Source: Oceanispirochaeta sp.
Lineage (GTDB): Bacteria; Spirochaetota; Spirochaetia; DSM-2461
DNA length: 64,000 nucleotides
Direction of reading: 5' to 3'
Assembly: GCA_963663385.2 (NCBI GenBank)
Contig: CAXXXD010000004.1
Coordinates: forward strand, 672,001-736,000
Both the position numbers and the translations under genes were made by a program. Of this stretch, positions 17,854-27,704 are shown in pieces. Position 1 is the first letter of the stretch. Each line of letters opens with the position of its first letter. A model generated the notes under the pieces. That model was not told the origin of the DNA. It saw only the letters and a list, made by a program, of their open reading frames with translations, and made no database searches.

Positions 17854-20800
17854 TCAGATTCCCTGACAGCTCAGAGCGGCAGGCAATGTTATACTCCAGA
17901 GAAACCGGAAAAACGCCGCCCCGGGATAAACAGGATCTTCATCAAGCACTTCCTCCAGCAGTTCCCGGCCGCGGTCTGTATTACCCAGTCCGTACTCTCC
18001 CAGAGCCATCAGATAGCGGCAGTAGAGCCTGTTCCGAGCATCCCCGTCCTGATCGAATATCAGCAGATCCGGAAGGGATACGGCAAAGTAGTCTATTTCC
18101 GTTTTGTCATGGTAGTGGGATTTTCCCCAGGACAGGAGTTTGTTGAACCTTCGGCGTGCTTCAACCGGATTCCCCAGACTCAACTGGGCCACGCCCTGAA
18201 AGTAGATAAGGTCGGCGGACTGATCGTTATAGTAACGGGATGCCGCAGGTTCCTGCTCTCCCCGGGTGGCCTCTGTAAAAGACTGGCGGGCTTCCTCCCT
18301 TCTGCCGGCAGCATCAAGGGCCAGACCTCTGAAATAGTCCAGCTCGTTATCCGTTATGGTACAGAGCTTTCCTTCTCCCAGGTTGTGAGGGTAGGAGTAG
18401 GCTCTTTCAAACCGGGCGAGAGCTTCTTCCGTGCGGCCGGATATAAGATTTTTTAAACCCGTCAGAACAAGAGAGCGGATGTACTGGGCGGAAACCCGTC
18501 CCTCTCCTCCCTCCCAGGGCTGAAACTGTCTGGTATTCAGGATCCCGATGGCTTCCTCCTCCTGTCCGGTCAGATTCAGGAGAGTCAGTTTTTCCACGGT
18601 CAGATCGTCCCGGGCTTCAACACAGTCCGGATACTTCTGCAGAAAGGCCAGGCGCTTCTCGGGGGAGTATCCCATCTTTTTGTAGAGCTGATCCAGTTCA
18701 AAAAGGATCCTGCTGTCCGTTGAATCCAGAAAGAAGGCTTCCTCCAGCAGTTTCAGGGCTTTTTCCGGATTTTCTTCTTTATTGCAGGCTCCCAGGGCCA
18801 GGTTTCTCCTGACTGTGGGGAAAACCGGATCGGCATCCGCCGCTTTCCGCCAGAGAGTAATCGCTCTGTCGAAGTTCCTGTGATGATAGTAGAAGTTTCC
18901 CGCGTAATAGGGTGCTTTTGTATCGTCAGGATGGTTCTGTATAACATGTTCCAGGATCATGATTGAATCGGTTCTGACGGGGAAGCAGAAATCCGGATCA
19001 GCTTCCGCTCCTGATTTATACCAGAGCGCTGCCTCTTCACTCTTTCCGGATTTTTCATAAAGGTAACCCAGGTAGTAACAGACCAGGGGTGATTCTGTTT
19101 TCCCGTCAATAAGATTAAGCAGCCCGATCGCCTCTTCAAAGGCGCCGCACCACAGGTAATCCAGGGCCAGCTCCCTGTAGGAGAACCGGTCTCCCCGTAT
19201 GAGTTTCTGAAATGATTTCAGATTCTGTTCCGTAGGCTGGAGCAGCCCTGTTTCATAGGAGGCCGCATGGCTCAGGGGATCAGCGGTTTTCAGTTCTTCC
19301 AGAATCTTCACAGCTTCCGTGGCTCTGTTGAGTTTCCTCAGGATCAGAGCCTTCAGGTGGAGGGCTTTCCTGTTGTGACGACCTGCCCAAAGAGCGCGAT
19401 CGACTTCCAGTAGAGCCTGATCCAGATTTCCCCGGGCGCAGGACAGTCTGGCCAGTTCACAGTATCCGGCCCCCTGCCAGGCGCCGTTCCATACGGATTT
19501 ATAGAACTTTTCATAGGCTTCCCTGTCTTTGCCCTGGTAGCGGAGCGTCCATCCGAGGTGAAAAAGGGCCTCTCCGTCATAAGGGTTGGGGTTGCGGAAG
19601 GTCTGCCGTTTTACAGCCTGACGGAAATGATCCTCTGCCGCAGTAAAGCGACCTCTCTGCAGCTCCCTTTTTCCCAGAGCCGTATGACAGCGGCTGTCTC
19701 CGGGATCCCGTTTCAGGCCTTCCCGGTAGTAATCGTCGGGATTGCGGGTCGCATGACGGTACTGTTCCAGGTGAAGCCCCGTAAGAAAGAGTTCTTCTGT
19801 TGAGGCAATCTCCTCTGCGGGAGGAGCTGCTTCGGCCGGTTCCGGTATGGGGCGCAGCTGGTCTTCCTCCTTCCAGGCAGACAGGATCTGCTCCGTCCGG
19901 CTGGATAGAACCAGTGAAAAATCCTTCTCGCCGGAGCCGGCGGGCCGGGGGAAGGTGGAATGAAAACTTTTTTCCGGTGTGAGGTTCAGGGTTTGGGTAT
20001 ATAGAACTTCGGATCCCAGTTTCAGCTCCAGGGTCAGATCCTTTTCCGGGCTCATTGTATAGACCCCCATCCTGATTTCATCCTCTTCTATCTGGAGAGA
20101 GAGGGCCGCCCTGGTGGAGGCATTCTCTACACTGTTCAGTTCCTTGTAGGGCATAAAGTTCTGCCGGAAAACCTTCTCTTCTCCGGGCTGAAGCCAGGAG
20201 AAGTCCGGCTGGTTATCTGTAAAAGCCCCGGTCATCAGTTCAATATAAGGGCCGTCTTCATCAGTCAGATTCCGGTCCCAGGCCTGACCGAAGTCCCCGT
20301 TGCCCCAGGTCCACTGTTTTTTTCCCGGTACCAGGTGGTGGTTGGCCACATGAAGCATCCCGGCTTTTTTTTCATGATCATAGCAGCCCATAAAATCATA
20401 ATCCGAATGATAGGCCATATAACTGGTAGGGACGGGAATATTTTTATAGCGGCTGATATCGACCCCTTCGGAGTAGTCCATCTTGTAATAGGTTCCCGTA
20501 GCGATGGGGAAGGTGGATACATCCCTTTTCCCGTGATCCATAACAGCATGAACATCCGGCGGGAAAATGGACTGATAGCTGTCGCTTACGGCAACCGCCG
20601 GGTTGGCCCACCAGAGGAAGGTCCGGGGAGTATTGGAACCGTTATACAGCCGGGCTTCTATTTCCAGTACGGCCTTTTCCGGGCGCAGTATGAAAGCGGT
20701 GGAACAGCGGGTCAGGCCGATGTGATCCTGTTCTCCCACCCATATTACGGCGCTGCCGTCCTCCTTCGTTTCATAGAGATGATCCGTAGGTTCATAGGTT

Positions 20801-21177
20801 CCGGGACGGTGGTGCTGGGGCCAGTTGAACTCGATGCCTCCGGAGATCCAGGGGCCGGTCAGACCGACCAGGGCCGGTTTTATTACTCTGTTATGGTAGA
20901 CAAAGTGGTAATCATTTGTCTTGTCGTAGGCCATCTGGACCCTTCCTCCCAGTTCCGGGAGGACCATAATCTTAAGGTACTCATTCTCCAGGTAGAGGGC
21001 TTTCCACTGCCGGTTTTCTTTTTCCGTTCCCACCGATTCTATTACGGGATAAGGGTAAACAGCTCCGCTGGATCCCTGATAGACCCGTTTTTCCAGAAAA
21101 AGGGGATTCTTTTCTTTTTTTCCAACAGGGTAGGTCGGTATGGTTATCCTCTCCTCCCATACTTGAACAGTCCTCAT
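17854..21177 (-). CDS. yphG: DUF5107 domain + TPR-repeat protein (YphG-like)
   Basis: RVYQGSSGAVYPY, LENEYLKIMVLPELGGR, IKPALVGLTGPWISGGIEFNWPQHHRP, followed by many TPR-like helices. Confidence 0.85.
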   Translation of the reverse strand: MRTVQVWEERITIPTYPVGKKEKNPLFLEKRVYQGSSGAVYPYPVIESVGTEKENRQWKALYLENEYLKIMVLPELGGRVQMAYDKTNDYHFVYHNRVIKPALVGLTGPWISGGIEFNWPQHHRPGTYEPTDHLYETKEDGSAVIWVGEQDHIGLTRCSTAFILRPEKAVLEIEARLYNGSNTPRTFLWWANPAVAVSDSYQSIFPPDVHAVMDHGKRDVSTFPIATGTYYKMDYSEGVDISRYKNIPVPTSYMAYHSDYDFMGCYDHEKKAGMLHVANHHLVPGKKQWTWGNGDFGQAWDRNLTDEDGPYIELMTGAFTDNQPDFSWLQPGEEKVFRQNFMPYKELNSVENASTRAALSLQIEEDEIRMGVYTMSPEKDLTLELKLGSEVLYTQTLNLTPEKSFHSTFPRPAGSGEKDFSLVLSSRTEQILSAWKEEDQLRPIPEPAEAAPPAEEIASTEELFLTGLHLEQYRHATRNPDDYYREGLKRDPGDSRCHTALGKRELQRGRFTAAEDHFRQAVKRQTFRNPNPYDGEALFHLGWTLRYQGKDREAYEKFYKSVWNGAWQGAGYCELARLSCARGNLDQALLEVDRALWAGRHNRKALHLKALILRKLNRATEAVKILEELKTADPLSHAASYETGLLQPTEQNLKSFQKLIRGDRFSYRELALDYLWCGAFEEAIGLLNLIDGKTESPLVCYYLGYLYEKSGKSEEAALWYKSGAEADPDFCFPVRTDSIMILEHVIQNHPDDTKAPYYAGNFYYHHRNFDRAITLWRKAADADPVFPTVRRNLALGACNKEENPEKALKLLEEAFFLDSTDSRILFELDQLYKKMGYSPEKRLAFLQKYPDCVEARDDLTVEKLTLLNLTGQEEEAIGILNTRQFQPWEGGEGRVSAQYIRSLVLTGLKNLISGRTEEALARFERAYSYPHNLGEGKLCTITDNELDYFRGLALDAAGRREEARQSFTEATRGEQEPAASRYYNDQSADLIYFQGVAQLSLGNPVEARRRFNKLLSWGKSHYHDKTEIDYFAVSLPDLLIFDQDGDARNRLYCRYLMALGEYGLGNTDRGRELLEEVLDEDPVYPGAAFFRFLWSITLPAALSCQGI

Positions 21178-21338
21178 ATTTTTCTCCTTGCAGGGTAAGC
21201 TTTTGTCTTTTTACCTGATTATAGAACCGTACTATCCGGTTTAAAATGGACGGATTTCTTCAGGGATGGATAATCTTATGATTTGACTGTTCAATAACTG
21301 TGATATAATCGAAAATACAAGAGTTTCAGGAGATTATA

Positions 21339-22232
21339 TTGAAATATTTAAGGAAAGAGGAAGGGTTCCGGGGGCAGCGGCTGTTTGTAATACCACCGGA
21401 TGTTACAGATGAGGCGAACCTCAATCCGCACAACCGGAATCTGCAGGTCAGCGCCGCGGGGTACTACCCTTCCGCGGCGGGGCATCAGAAAATCCGCTCT
21501 GAACCTCTGGAGGAGGGGATCCTCCTTTTCTGTCACAGGGGCAGCGGTTTTGTAAGAACCGGCGGGAAGTCGGTTCTGCTCCATGAACGGGAGGTCTGTC
21601 TCCTGCCGCCGGGGCAGTCCCATATCTACGGGGCTTCGGACCATGATCCATGGAGCCTGTACTGGATGCATATCAGAGGCGATCTGCTGGGGGTCTATCT
21701 GCGGCTTCTCAAGGAGAACAGTATGGTCCCTGTCAGTTCCGGTGCGGATGAGCAGGCTGTGCAGCTGTTCGGGATGCTGTTCCAGGCTCTTGAAAGAGGG
21801 TATTCCCGGGAGATCCTGATTCACGCCGGACAGCTGGCCGGTACTATTCTTACAGCCCTTTTCTATAGTAACCGGGATTTTCATCCCCAGATGGGCTCTG
21901 CAAACAGCCGGCGCCTGGATGATGCAGTGAAGACGATGCAGGATAAGGTTGCTGAGGGTGAAAGTTTTTCTCTTTCCGAGATGGCGTTGTCCGTGGGGCT
22001 TTCGGTGCCTCATTTTTCTGAATTATTCCGAAACGGGATGGGATATCCGCCGGTTGAATACTTCAACCGGCTCCGTATTCAAAAGGCCTGCCGGCTTCTT
22101 GAACTTACCACTGAGACAATTCAGGAGGTGGCCGGAGAGAGCGGCTATAGTGATCAGTACTATTTCTCCCGGGTTTTCAGAAAGATAATGGGGGTATCTC
22201 CCAGTGAATACAGAAATAAAGCGCATCATTAA
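21339..22232 (+). CDS. AraC family transcriptional regulator
   Basis: Cupin domain (PW...WMH) and C-terminal GY.DQYYFSRVFRK.MGVSP; TTG start after AGGAG. Confidence 0.92.
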   Translation: MKYLRKEEGFRGQRLFVIPPDVTDEANLNPHNRNLQVSAAGYYPSAAGHQKIRSEPLEEGILLFCHRGSGFVRTGGKSVLLHEREVCLLPPGQSHIYGASDHDPWSLYWMHIRGDLLGVYLRLLKENSMVPVSSGADEQAVQLFGMLFQALERGYSREILIHAGQLAGTILTALFYSNRDFHPQMGSANSRRLDDAVKTMQDKVAEGESFSLSEMALSVGLSVPHFSELFRNGMGYPPVEYFNRLRIQKACRLLELTTETIQEVAGESGYSDQYYFSRVFRKIMGVSPSEYRNKAHH

Positions 22233-22245
22233 GGAGTAGAAACAC

Positions 22246-23154
22246 GTGAATAATATGGTAATACTGGAAAACAGTTCTCTGCGGCTGGAGATCCTGCCGT
22301 CGCGGGGCGGTAAGATCTTGTCTATCTGGAATAAGGAAAACGGGGCTGAATGGCTCTACCGGGGGGAGTCAGACGGTTTTCCGGCCCCCGAATCTTATAG
22401 AAGGAGGATCTTTGATGAAAAGGAAGCCTTCGGGATGGATGAAATGTTCCCGACAATCAACCCTGAAGAAATTACGGATCCCTCCGGATCTGTCTTAACC
22501 CTGCCGGATCATGGTGAAATATGGAGCCGGTCCTGGGAGGTCGTCCAGCACAGTTCCAAAGAGCTGAATCTGAAAGTTGAGGGATCCATACTCCCTTACA
22601 CTTTCAGCCGGGATCTTCTGCTGGAGAATAACCGTATCCTTCTCCGGTACAGAGCCGGGAATCCGGGGGACGCCCCCATCCCTGCTCTCTGGACCCCTCA
22701 TCCTCTCTTTTCGTTTTATGACGAAACAGAAATTCTGGTCCCCGATGAACTTGATACCATCCGGCAGGCCATGGCGGACGGTCCCCTGGGAGAGTACGGT
22801 TCCCTGCACTCCCTTGCTCCTTCCGGTGACATTCCCGGTGCGGGCAACCTGCTGCACCCCGGGACCCTGCCGGAAGGCAGCGCCTTTAAATTCTACGGAG
22901 AAAAACCTTTGAAGGAAGGTTATTGCGGATTAAAAGACAGGCGGGGGCGTCTGACTTTCACCTATCCTGCAGAACAGATACCCTGGCTGGGGTTCTGGAT
23001 TAACAGGAAAGGCTGGGGAAATCAGCAGAATCTGGCCCTGGAACCGGCTACCGCTCCCATGGACGGGCCGAAAGCCGCAGAGAAGTTCAAGGTAACCGCC
23101 CAGCTCAAATCCCGGGAGGTTTGGGAGTGGGAGATGGTTATTGAAATCCGATAA
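22246..23154 (+). CDS. Galactose mutarotase-like / aldose 1-epimerase family protein
   Basis: LPSRGGKI.S, G.DEMFP, LPDHGE.W, W..HP, LALEP. Confidence 0.8.
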   Translation: MNNMVILENSSLRLEILPSRGGKILSIWNKENGAEWLYRGESDGFPAPESYRRRIFDEKEAFGMDEMFPTINPEEITDPSGSVLTLPDHGEIWSRSWEVVQHSSKELNLKVEGSILPYTFSRDLLLENNRILLRYRAGNPGDAPIPALWTPHPLFSFYDETEILVPDELDTIRQAMADGPLGEYGSLHSLAPSGDIPGAGNLLHPGTLPEGSAFKFYGEKPLKEGYCGLKDRRGRLTFTYPAEQIPWLGFWINRKGWGNQQNLALEPATAPMDGPKAAEKFKVTAQLKSREVWEWEMVIEIR

Positions 23155-23196
23155 GATTGCTTATACAGGACGCCCCGATTCATATCTATTTGAGTT

Positions 23197-24285
23197 TTAG
23201 AACGGATTCAGCTCTTTCATGATCCTGATATAGCTGTGCAGGTTGTCCCAGGGGACTTCCGGTTCAATTACATGGGTTGGAGAGATCAGAAAGCCCCGCT
23301 TCCCATTGCTCATTTCGACTCTTTTCATCACATCGTTTCTCACATCCTCAGGAGATCCGAAAGGCATGGTTGTCTGAGTTCCGATTGAGCCCCAGAAGGC
23401 CAGTCTGTCGCAGTATTTACTGTAGACTTCCTCCACATCCATGCTTTCCGGCTGAACCGGATTCAGTACTTCAACCCCCGCATCGATCAGGTCGTCGATA
23501 AAGGGGGTGGCAAAACCGCAGGAGTGATAGGATATGATTACATCGGGATTGACAGCTTTGGCCGAAGCAATGACCCGGGCCAGTTTGGGTTGAATATACC
23601 GGAGCCATAGGTTCGGGTCCATAAGGGGAGTGGACTGCATGCCTATATCGTCGCCCAGGGCAATCAGGTCCACCCCGGCTTCCGCCAGAAAGGCGGCTGT
23701 CCGGCAGGAGTGTTCGCATATCCTGTCCAGCAGCCGTTCCGCTTTGGGATCGTCCAGCATCATATCCATCATCAGATCTTCCATTCCCCGGATCAGCCAG
23801 GAGCGTTCCCATATCGTCTGCTCAAGCCATGCCCTGACAGCAAGGCCCTTGCCATGGATCTCATTAATAGTTTTCTTTAACCGCTCTTCCTCCCCTTCTG
23901 CTATTTTCGGAAGGAGATGGTTCTCTATATCCTCCAGTGTACATTCACCTGTAAGGGGTGGATGAAAGTGAACCATATGCATGCAGGCTTCCGATCCCCT
24001 GGATGTAGCGGTTCCAAAGGGATCCACTTCAAACTCATCGGGCATATCCCGGTCTGCAAAAAGGGATTTTCCGTCTCCCTCATAGGTTTTTGCCATTTCC
24101 ACCTGAACCGTTCTGTGGAACAGCCCGAAGTACTCTTCCACGGTCTGGCCGGTCTTCATTCCATTGAACTCCGTCAGTTTGGGGGGAGTCAGATCGATAT
24201 CCGGGGGAAAGATCCTGGCATCACATTCTTTCTCTTCTCTCTTTAAAACTTTTCTAAATGCGTCTCTCTTGTTCATACCTGACAT
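23197..24285 (-). CDS. Uroporphyrinogen decarboxylase (MtaA/CmuA-like) family protein 1
   Basis: RGME..MMD, GDD.G.Q, YHSCG, LNPVQP, FWG.IGTQ, SPTH. Confidence 0.85.
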   Translation of the reverse strand: MSGMNKRDAFRKVLKREEKECDARIFPPDIDLTPPKLTEFNGMKTGQTVEEYFGLFHRTVQVEMAKTYEGDGKSLFADRDMPDEFEVDPFGTATSRGSEACMHMVHFHPPLTGECTLEDIENHLLPKIAEGEEERLKKTINEIHGKGLAVRAWLEQTIWERSWLIRGMEDLMMDMMLDDPKAERLLDRICEHSCRTAAFLAEAGVDLIALGDDIGMQSTPLMDPNLWLRYIQPKLARVIASAKAVNPDVIISYHSCGFATPFIDDLIDAGVEVLNPVQPESMDVEEVYSKYCDRLAFWGSIGTQTTMPFGSPEDVRNDVMKRVEMSNGKRGFLISPTHVIEPEVPWDNLHSYIRIMKELNPF

Positions 24286-24375
24286 TATCAGGCCGGATTA
24301 GTCTGTCGTATAGAGATTTTTTGCCGCATAATAGTGGATAAAATGATTGTTTTATATGTTTAAATAGCATTAAGA

Positions 24376-25263
24376 ATGATATATAAGGATTTTAGAGTGT
24401 ATAATATGACTATGAATTCACTCGAGAACAATATCATCTTCAAGAGCCCCGGGAAGATGATTCCCGGACTGACTGTTATTGCTTCAGGTAAAATTGAGCA
24501 CCAGGATTTCAATATTGAAGGATTCCGGGTTTTGAATAACTATGCTGCTGTTTTTGTTTCTAAAGGGCAGGGGGAGTATTACACGCCGGAAGATACGGCT
24601 CCGATCAGGCTGGAAGAAGGGAATCTTTTCTTTCTTGCTCCGGGTGTCGCTCACAGGTATGGACCTGTGGACGGACTGTGGACCCAGTATTGGGTGGTTT
24701 TTACGGGACAGATGGCCCAGCTGTTTGAAAAAGGGGGGTATTTTGATCCTGCCTCGCCGGTTTTGAACAATCTCCGGCGATGGGATGTACAGTCGGCTTT
24801 TGAAGAGCTGATCACTCTTTCCGAACGGAAACCCCTGGATTACGGGATTCAGATGTCGGTTATCCTCTACCGCCTGCTGCTTTCCGTCATTCCGGGGATT
24901 TCCGATGCCGGCAGATCCTGCAACGTGAAGGAGGAACTGACGGAGGAGATAAAAAGCCGGCTTCAGGAGAATCTGCTGACCAGGAGGACCGTAAAGGAGA
25001 TCCTGAGCATCCGGGGGTACTCCTATAACTATCTCAGGGCTGTTTTCAAGGAGATTACCGGGTATTCTCCCATACAGTATCAGAACAGGCTCCGGGTGGA
25101 GTATGTCTGCGAACAGCTCTCCTTTTCCAGTCAGTCCATAAAGGAGATCGCTTATAATGCCGGGTTTGACGATCCTCAGTATTTCAGCAGAATGTTTCGC
25201 AAAACAACCGGGATCACTCCCGGGCAGTATAGAAAGTCCATTGTCTCGTATGCACAGAATTAA
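24376..25263 (+). CDS. AraC family transcriptional regulator
   Basis: HRYGP...W..YWV.F; IKEIAY..GFDDPQYFSRMFRK.TG.TP. Confidence 0.92.
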   Translation: MIYKDFRVYNMTMNSLENNIIFKSPGKMIPGLTVIASGKIEHQDFNIEGFRVLNNYAAVFVSKGQGEYYTPEDTAPIRLEEGNLFFLAPGVAHRYGPVDGLWTQYWVVFTGQMAQLFEKGGYFDPASPVLNNLRRWDVQSAFEELITLSERKPLDYGIQMSVILYRLLLSVIPGISDAGRSCNVKEELTEEIKSRLQENLLTRRTVKEILSIRGYSYNYLRAVFKEITGYSPIQYQNRLRVEYVCEQLSFSSQSIKEIAYNAGFDDPQYFSRMFRKTTGITPGQYRKSIVSYAQN

Positions 25264-25304
25264 GTCTTCTTTTACAATCTGTTTTCCTCGGGTATAATTC
25301 TGCC

Positions 25305-26345
25305 ATGGCAGAAAGAGTATCGCTTCAGGATATCGCCGATTCCCTGGGAATCTCGCGGGGAACCGTTGACCGGGCCATCCATAACCGGGGACGGATTAAC
25401 TCCGAAACCAGAGATAAAGTCCTATCGGAAGCCAGGCGTCTGGGGTATATAGACAGAAAAATAGATTCCTTTCTCCCTCTGAAGGAGAAGAAAATCATAG
25501 AAATCCTGATTCCGGGGGAGGATCCTTTTTTCGGAAAAATCGAGGAGGGTTTCCGGAAGGCCATGGCCAATGAGCCCTCCGGCTTCCAGCTGCGGATCAG
25601 GAATGTCACCCTTGAAAATCCGGAGGAGGAAAAAAAATATCTGGATAAACTCGGCAGGAATCCCGGTGAGGTTTCCGGGGTTATTATCGTCCCATCCGAC
25701 CGGGATTATCTGAACAGTTCCATACTGAAACTGGAACTGGCGGGGATTCGGGTCGTAACGGTTAATACGGATGCTCCCGACAGCGGCAGGTCCGTTTTTT
25801 TCGGCCAGAATCTTTATGCATCCGGTCGTGTTGCCGGTGAGATTCTGATGCAGATAAGCAGTGGACCAGTACTTATCCTGAGCGGATATGAACGGCTGTG
25901 GGCCCATGAGGAGAGAATCAGGGGATTCCTTGATATTTACAGGGAAAACGGGCGTCAACGCGAGATAGTCGGGCCCTTTTTTATGCAGGATAAAATTGCA
26001 AATGCATATACGATACTATCGAATAATCTGGGAGCTGTTAACGGAATCTATGCCGTAAGCGGTCAGGCGACGGAAGGGGCCGGGAGTTTTCTGGCCGGCA
26101 ATAAATTGAAGCTTCCACTGGTGGGGTATGACTGCAGCGATGCAAACCGGAAACTTCTGAAAGCAGGAGCCGTTACATCCCTGATTTATCAGTCCCCCGA
26201 ACTTCAGGGGTATTTTGCCGTTAAATGGCTGATACAATCTTTAAACAATAATTCAATAGGCAGGGATGAAGGAATTCAGACTCCCATCGATATCTATTTC
26301 CGGGAGAATATTGACTTTTTCAAAGACCATACAGAGTTGTATTAA
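25305..26345 (+). CDS. LacI family transcriptional regulator
   Basis: LQDIA..LGISRGTVDRAIH.RG HTH plus periplasmic-binding-protein-like domain. Confidence 0.9.
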   Translation: MAERVSLQDIADSLGISRGTVDRAIHNRGRINSETRDKVLSEARRLGYIDRKIDSFLPLKEKKIIEILIPGEDPFFGKIEEGFRKAMANEPSGFQLRIRNVTLENPEEEKKYLDKLGRNPGEVSGVIIVPSDRDYLNSSILKLELAGIRVVTVNTDAPDSGRSVFFGQNLYASGRVAGEILMQISSGPVLILSGYERLWAHEERIRGFLDIYRENGRQREIVGPFFMQDKIANAYTILSNNLGAVNGIYAVSGQATEGAGSFLAGNKLKLPLVGYDCSDANRKLLKAGAVTSLIYQSPELQGYFAVKWLIQSLNNNSIGRDEGIQTPIDIYFRENIDFFKDHTELY

Positions 26346-26379
26346 ATTACGATTTTCCAGCTGATCATTTTTTTTATAT

Positions 26380-26444
26380 GCGTGCATATGAACGCTTGAC
26401 TGATACCTTTCCGGAGAGGTAAAATTAAGTGTGCAAATGCACGC
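26380..26444 (+). promoter_or_regulatory. Promoter flanked by two palindromic operators (probably for the adjacent LacI protein)
   Basis: TTGACT(26396)-N18-TAAAAT(26420); GCGTGCATATGAACGC at 26380-26395 and GTGTGCAAATGCACGC at 26429-26444. Confidence 0.6.
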
Positions 26445-26474
26445 ATAGTCCAATACTTTCTAAAAGGAGATAAG

Positions 26475-27650
26475 ATGAACGGAAGAGAACGATTACTGAC
26501 CGTATTAAACGGTGAAAGGGCAGACCGGGTCCCGGTTACCCTTTTTATTCAGGGACAGGGGCATTTCATAACCCAGGTAAACCCGGAGACCGACCCCTGG
26601 GATTTTATAGCCATCCAGAAAAATGTCATTGATTATCAGAAGAGCCTGGGGCTGGATGTCCATGCCAGGATGCTTTTTTTCAATCCCCATAAACCGGTTT
26701 TTGCCCATCTGGGGTATATGAATGTGGATGTGCAGACCGAAAACTGGGAAGTGAAACACTGGGAGGAGAGCAATGGTAATACGGTACTCCATAAATACGA
26801 GATAAAAACCCCCGAAGGGACCTTGAAGCAGACTTTCTCCATTAACGAACTCAGACCCAAAACCTATATGTATGCCTGTACGGAAAAGCCGGTAAACGGA
26901 CCGGATGATCTGAAAATCGCCATGAAGTATGAGCCGGCCTATTCGAATGAAGTCAAGAGTGAAATGAAGAGGAATGTGGCGGCTGTCAAGGCGGAAGTCG
27001 GAGATTCGGGTATCCTCTCCGCCTGGACCAACGGCGGTCTGTTCAATAATATTTCCGGTTTTATAGATCATGAAGTGCTCTATTCCATCTTCCTGCTGGA
27101 TCCGGAGTATTACGGGGCGCTCATGGCTTTTGCCAGAAAGCGGGTTTATGATTTTACCGATGCCATCATCCAGACCGGTGTCGATGCCCTCTGTGTGGGA
27201 GGGAATGTAGCCGGAGGTTTTCTGGGAGAGAACTGTTTCGATGAGTATATCCGCCCCTTTGAAACAGAGTATATAAACCATATCCAGAATCAGGAAAAAC
27301 CGGTTATCTACCATAACTGCGGCGATATTATGAACCTGATCGAACCCTATAAGAAGATGGGCATCAAAAATATCGAACCCTTCAGCCCCCGCCCTCTGGG
27401 CGACGGCGATCTGGAAGTTCTGGCGCAGAGAATGAACGGAGAGTTTACGGTAACCGGGGGGGTGGACCAGGTCAATGTGATTCAGAAGGGGAGTGTGGCC
27501 GATGTGGAGCGCGCTACCATTGATACAATCACCAGAGGCAAGAAGCTGAACCGGTATATCCTGCAGAATGCGGATTTTCTGGAGTACGGGACTCCCCTTG
27601 AAAATGTGGAAGCCTATGCCCGGACGGGACTGGCCAACGCGGGGTATTAA
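26475..27650 (+). CDS. URO-D/MtaA-like family protein 2
   Basis: MNGRERL..L.GE..DRVP, TPEGTL, YHNCG, GGVDQ, GTP.ENV. Confidence 0.85.
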   Translation: MNGRERLLTVLNGERADRVPVTLFIQGQGHFITQVNPETDPWDFIAIQKNVIDYQKSLGLDVHARMLFFNPHKPVFAHLGYMNVDVQTENWEVKHWEESNGNTVLHKYEIKTPEGTLKQTFSINELRPKTYMYACTEKPVNGPDDLKIAMKYEPAYSNEVKSEMKRNVAAVKAEVGDSGILSAWTNGGLFNNISGFIDHEVLYSIFLLDPEYYGALMAFARKRVYDFTDAIIQTGVDALCVGGNVAGGFLGENCFDEYIRPFETEYINHIQNQEKPVIYHNCGDIMNLIEPYKKMGIKNIEPFSPRPLGDGDLEVLAQRMNGEFTVTGGVDQVNVIQKGSVADVERATIDTITRGKKLNRYILQNADFLEYGTPLENVEAYARTGLANAGY

Positions 27651-27654
27651 AGAT

Positions 27655-27679
27655 AAAAAAGACCGGCAATTCGCCGGTC
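27655..27679 (-). terminator. Rho-independent terminator (minus strand)
   Basis: GACCGGC-GAATT-GCCGGTC-T6 on the minus strand. Confidence 0.6.
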
Positions 27680-27704
27680 CTGGTTCAGGAATAAACTATT
27701 TTCA

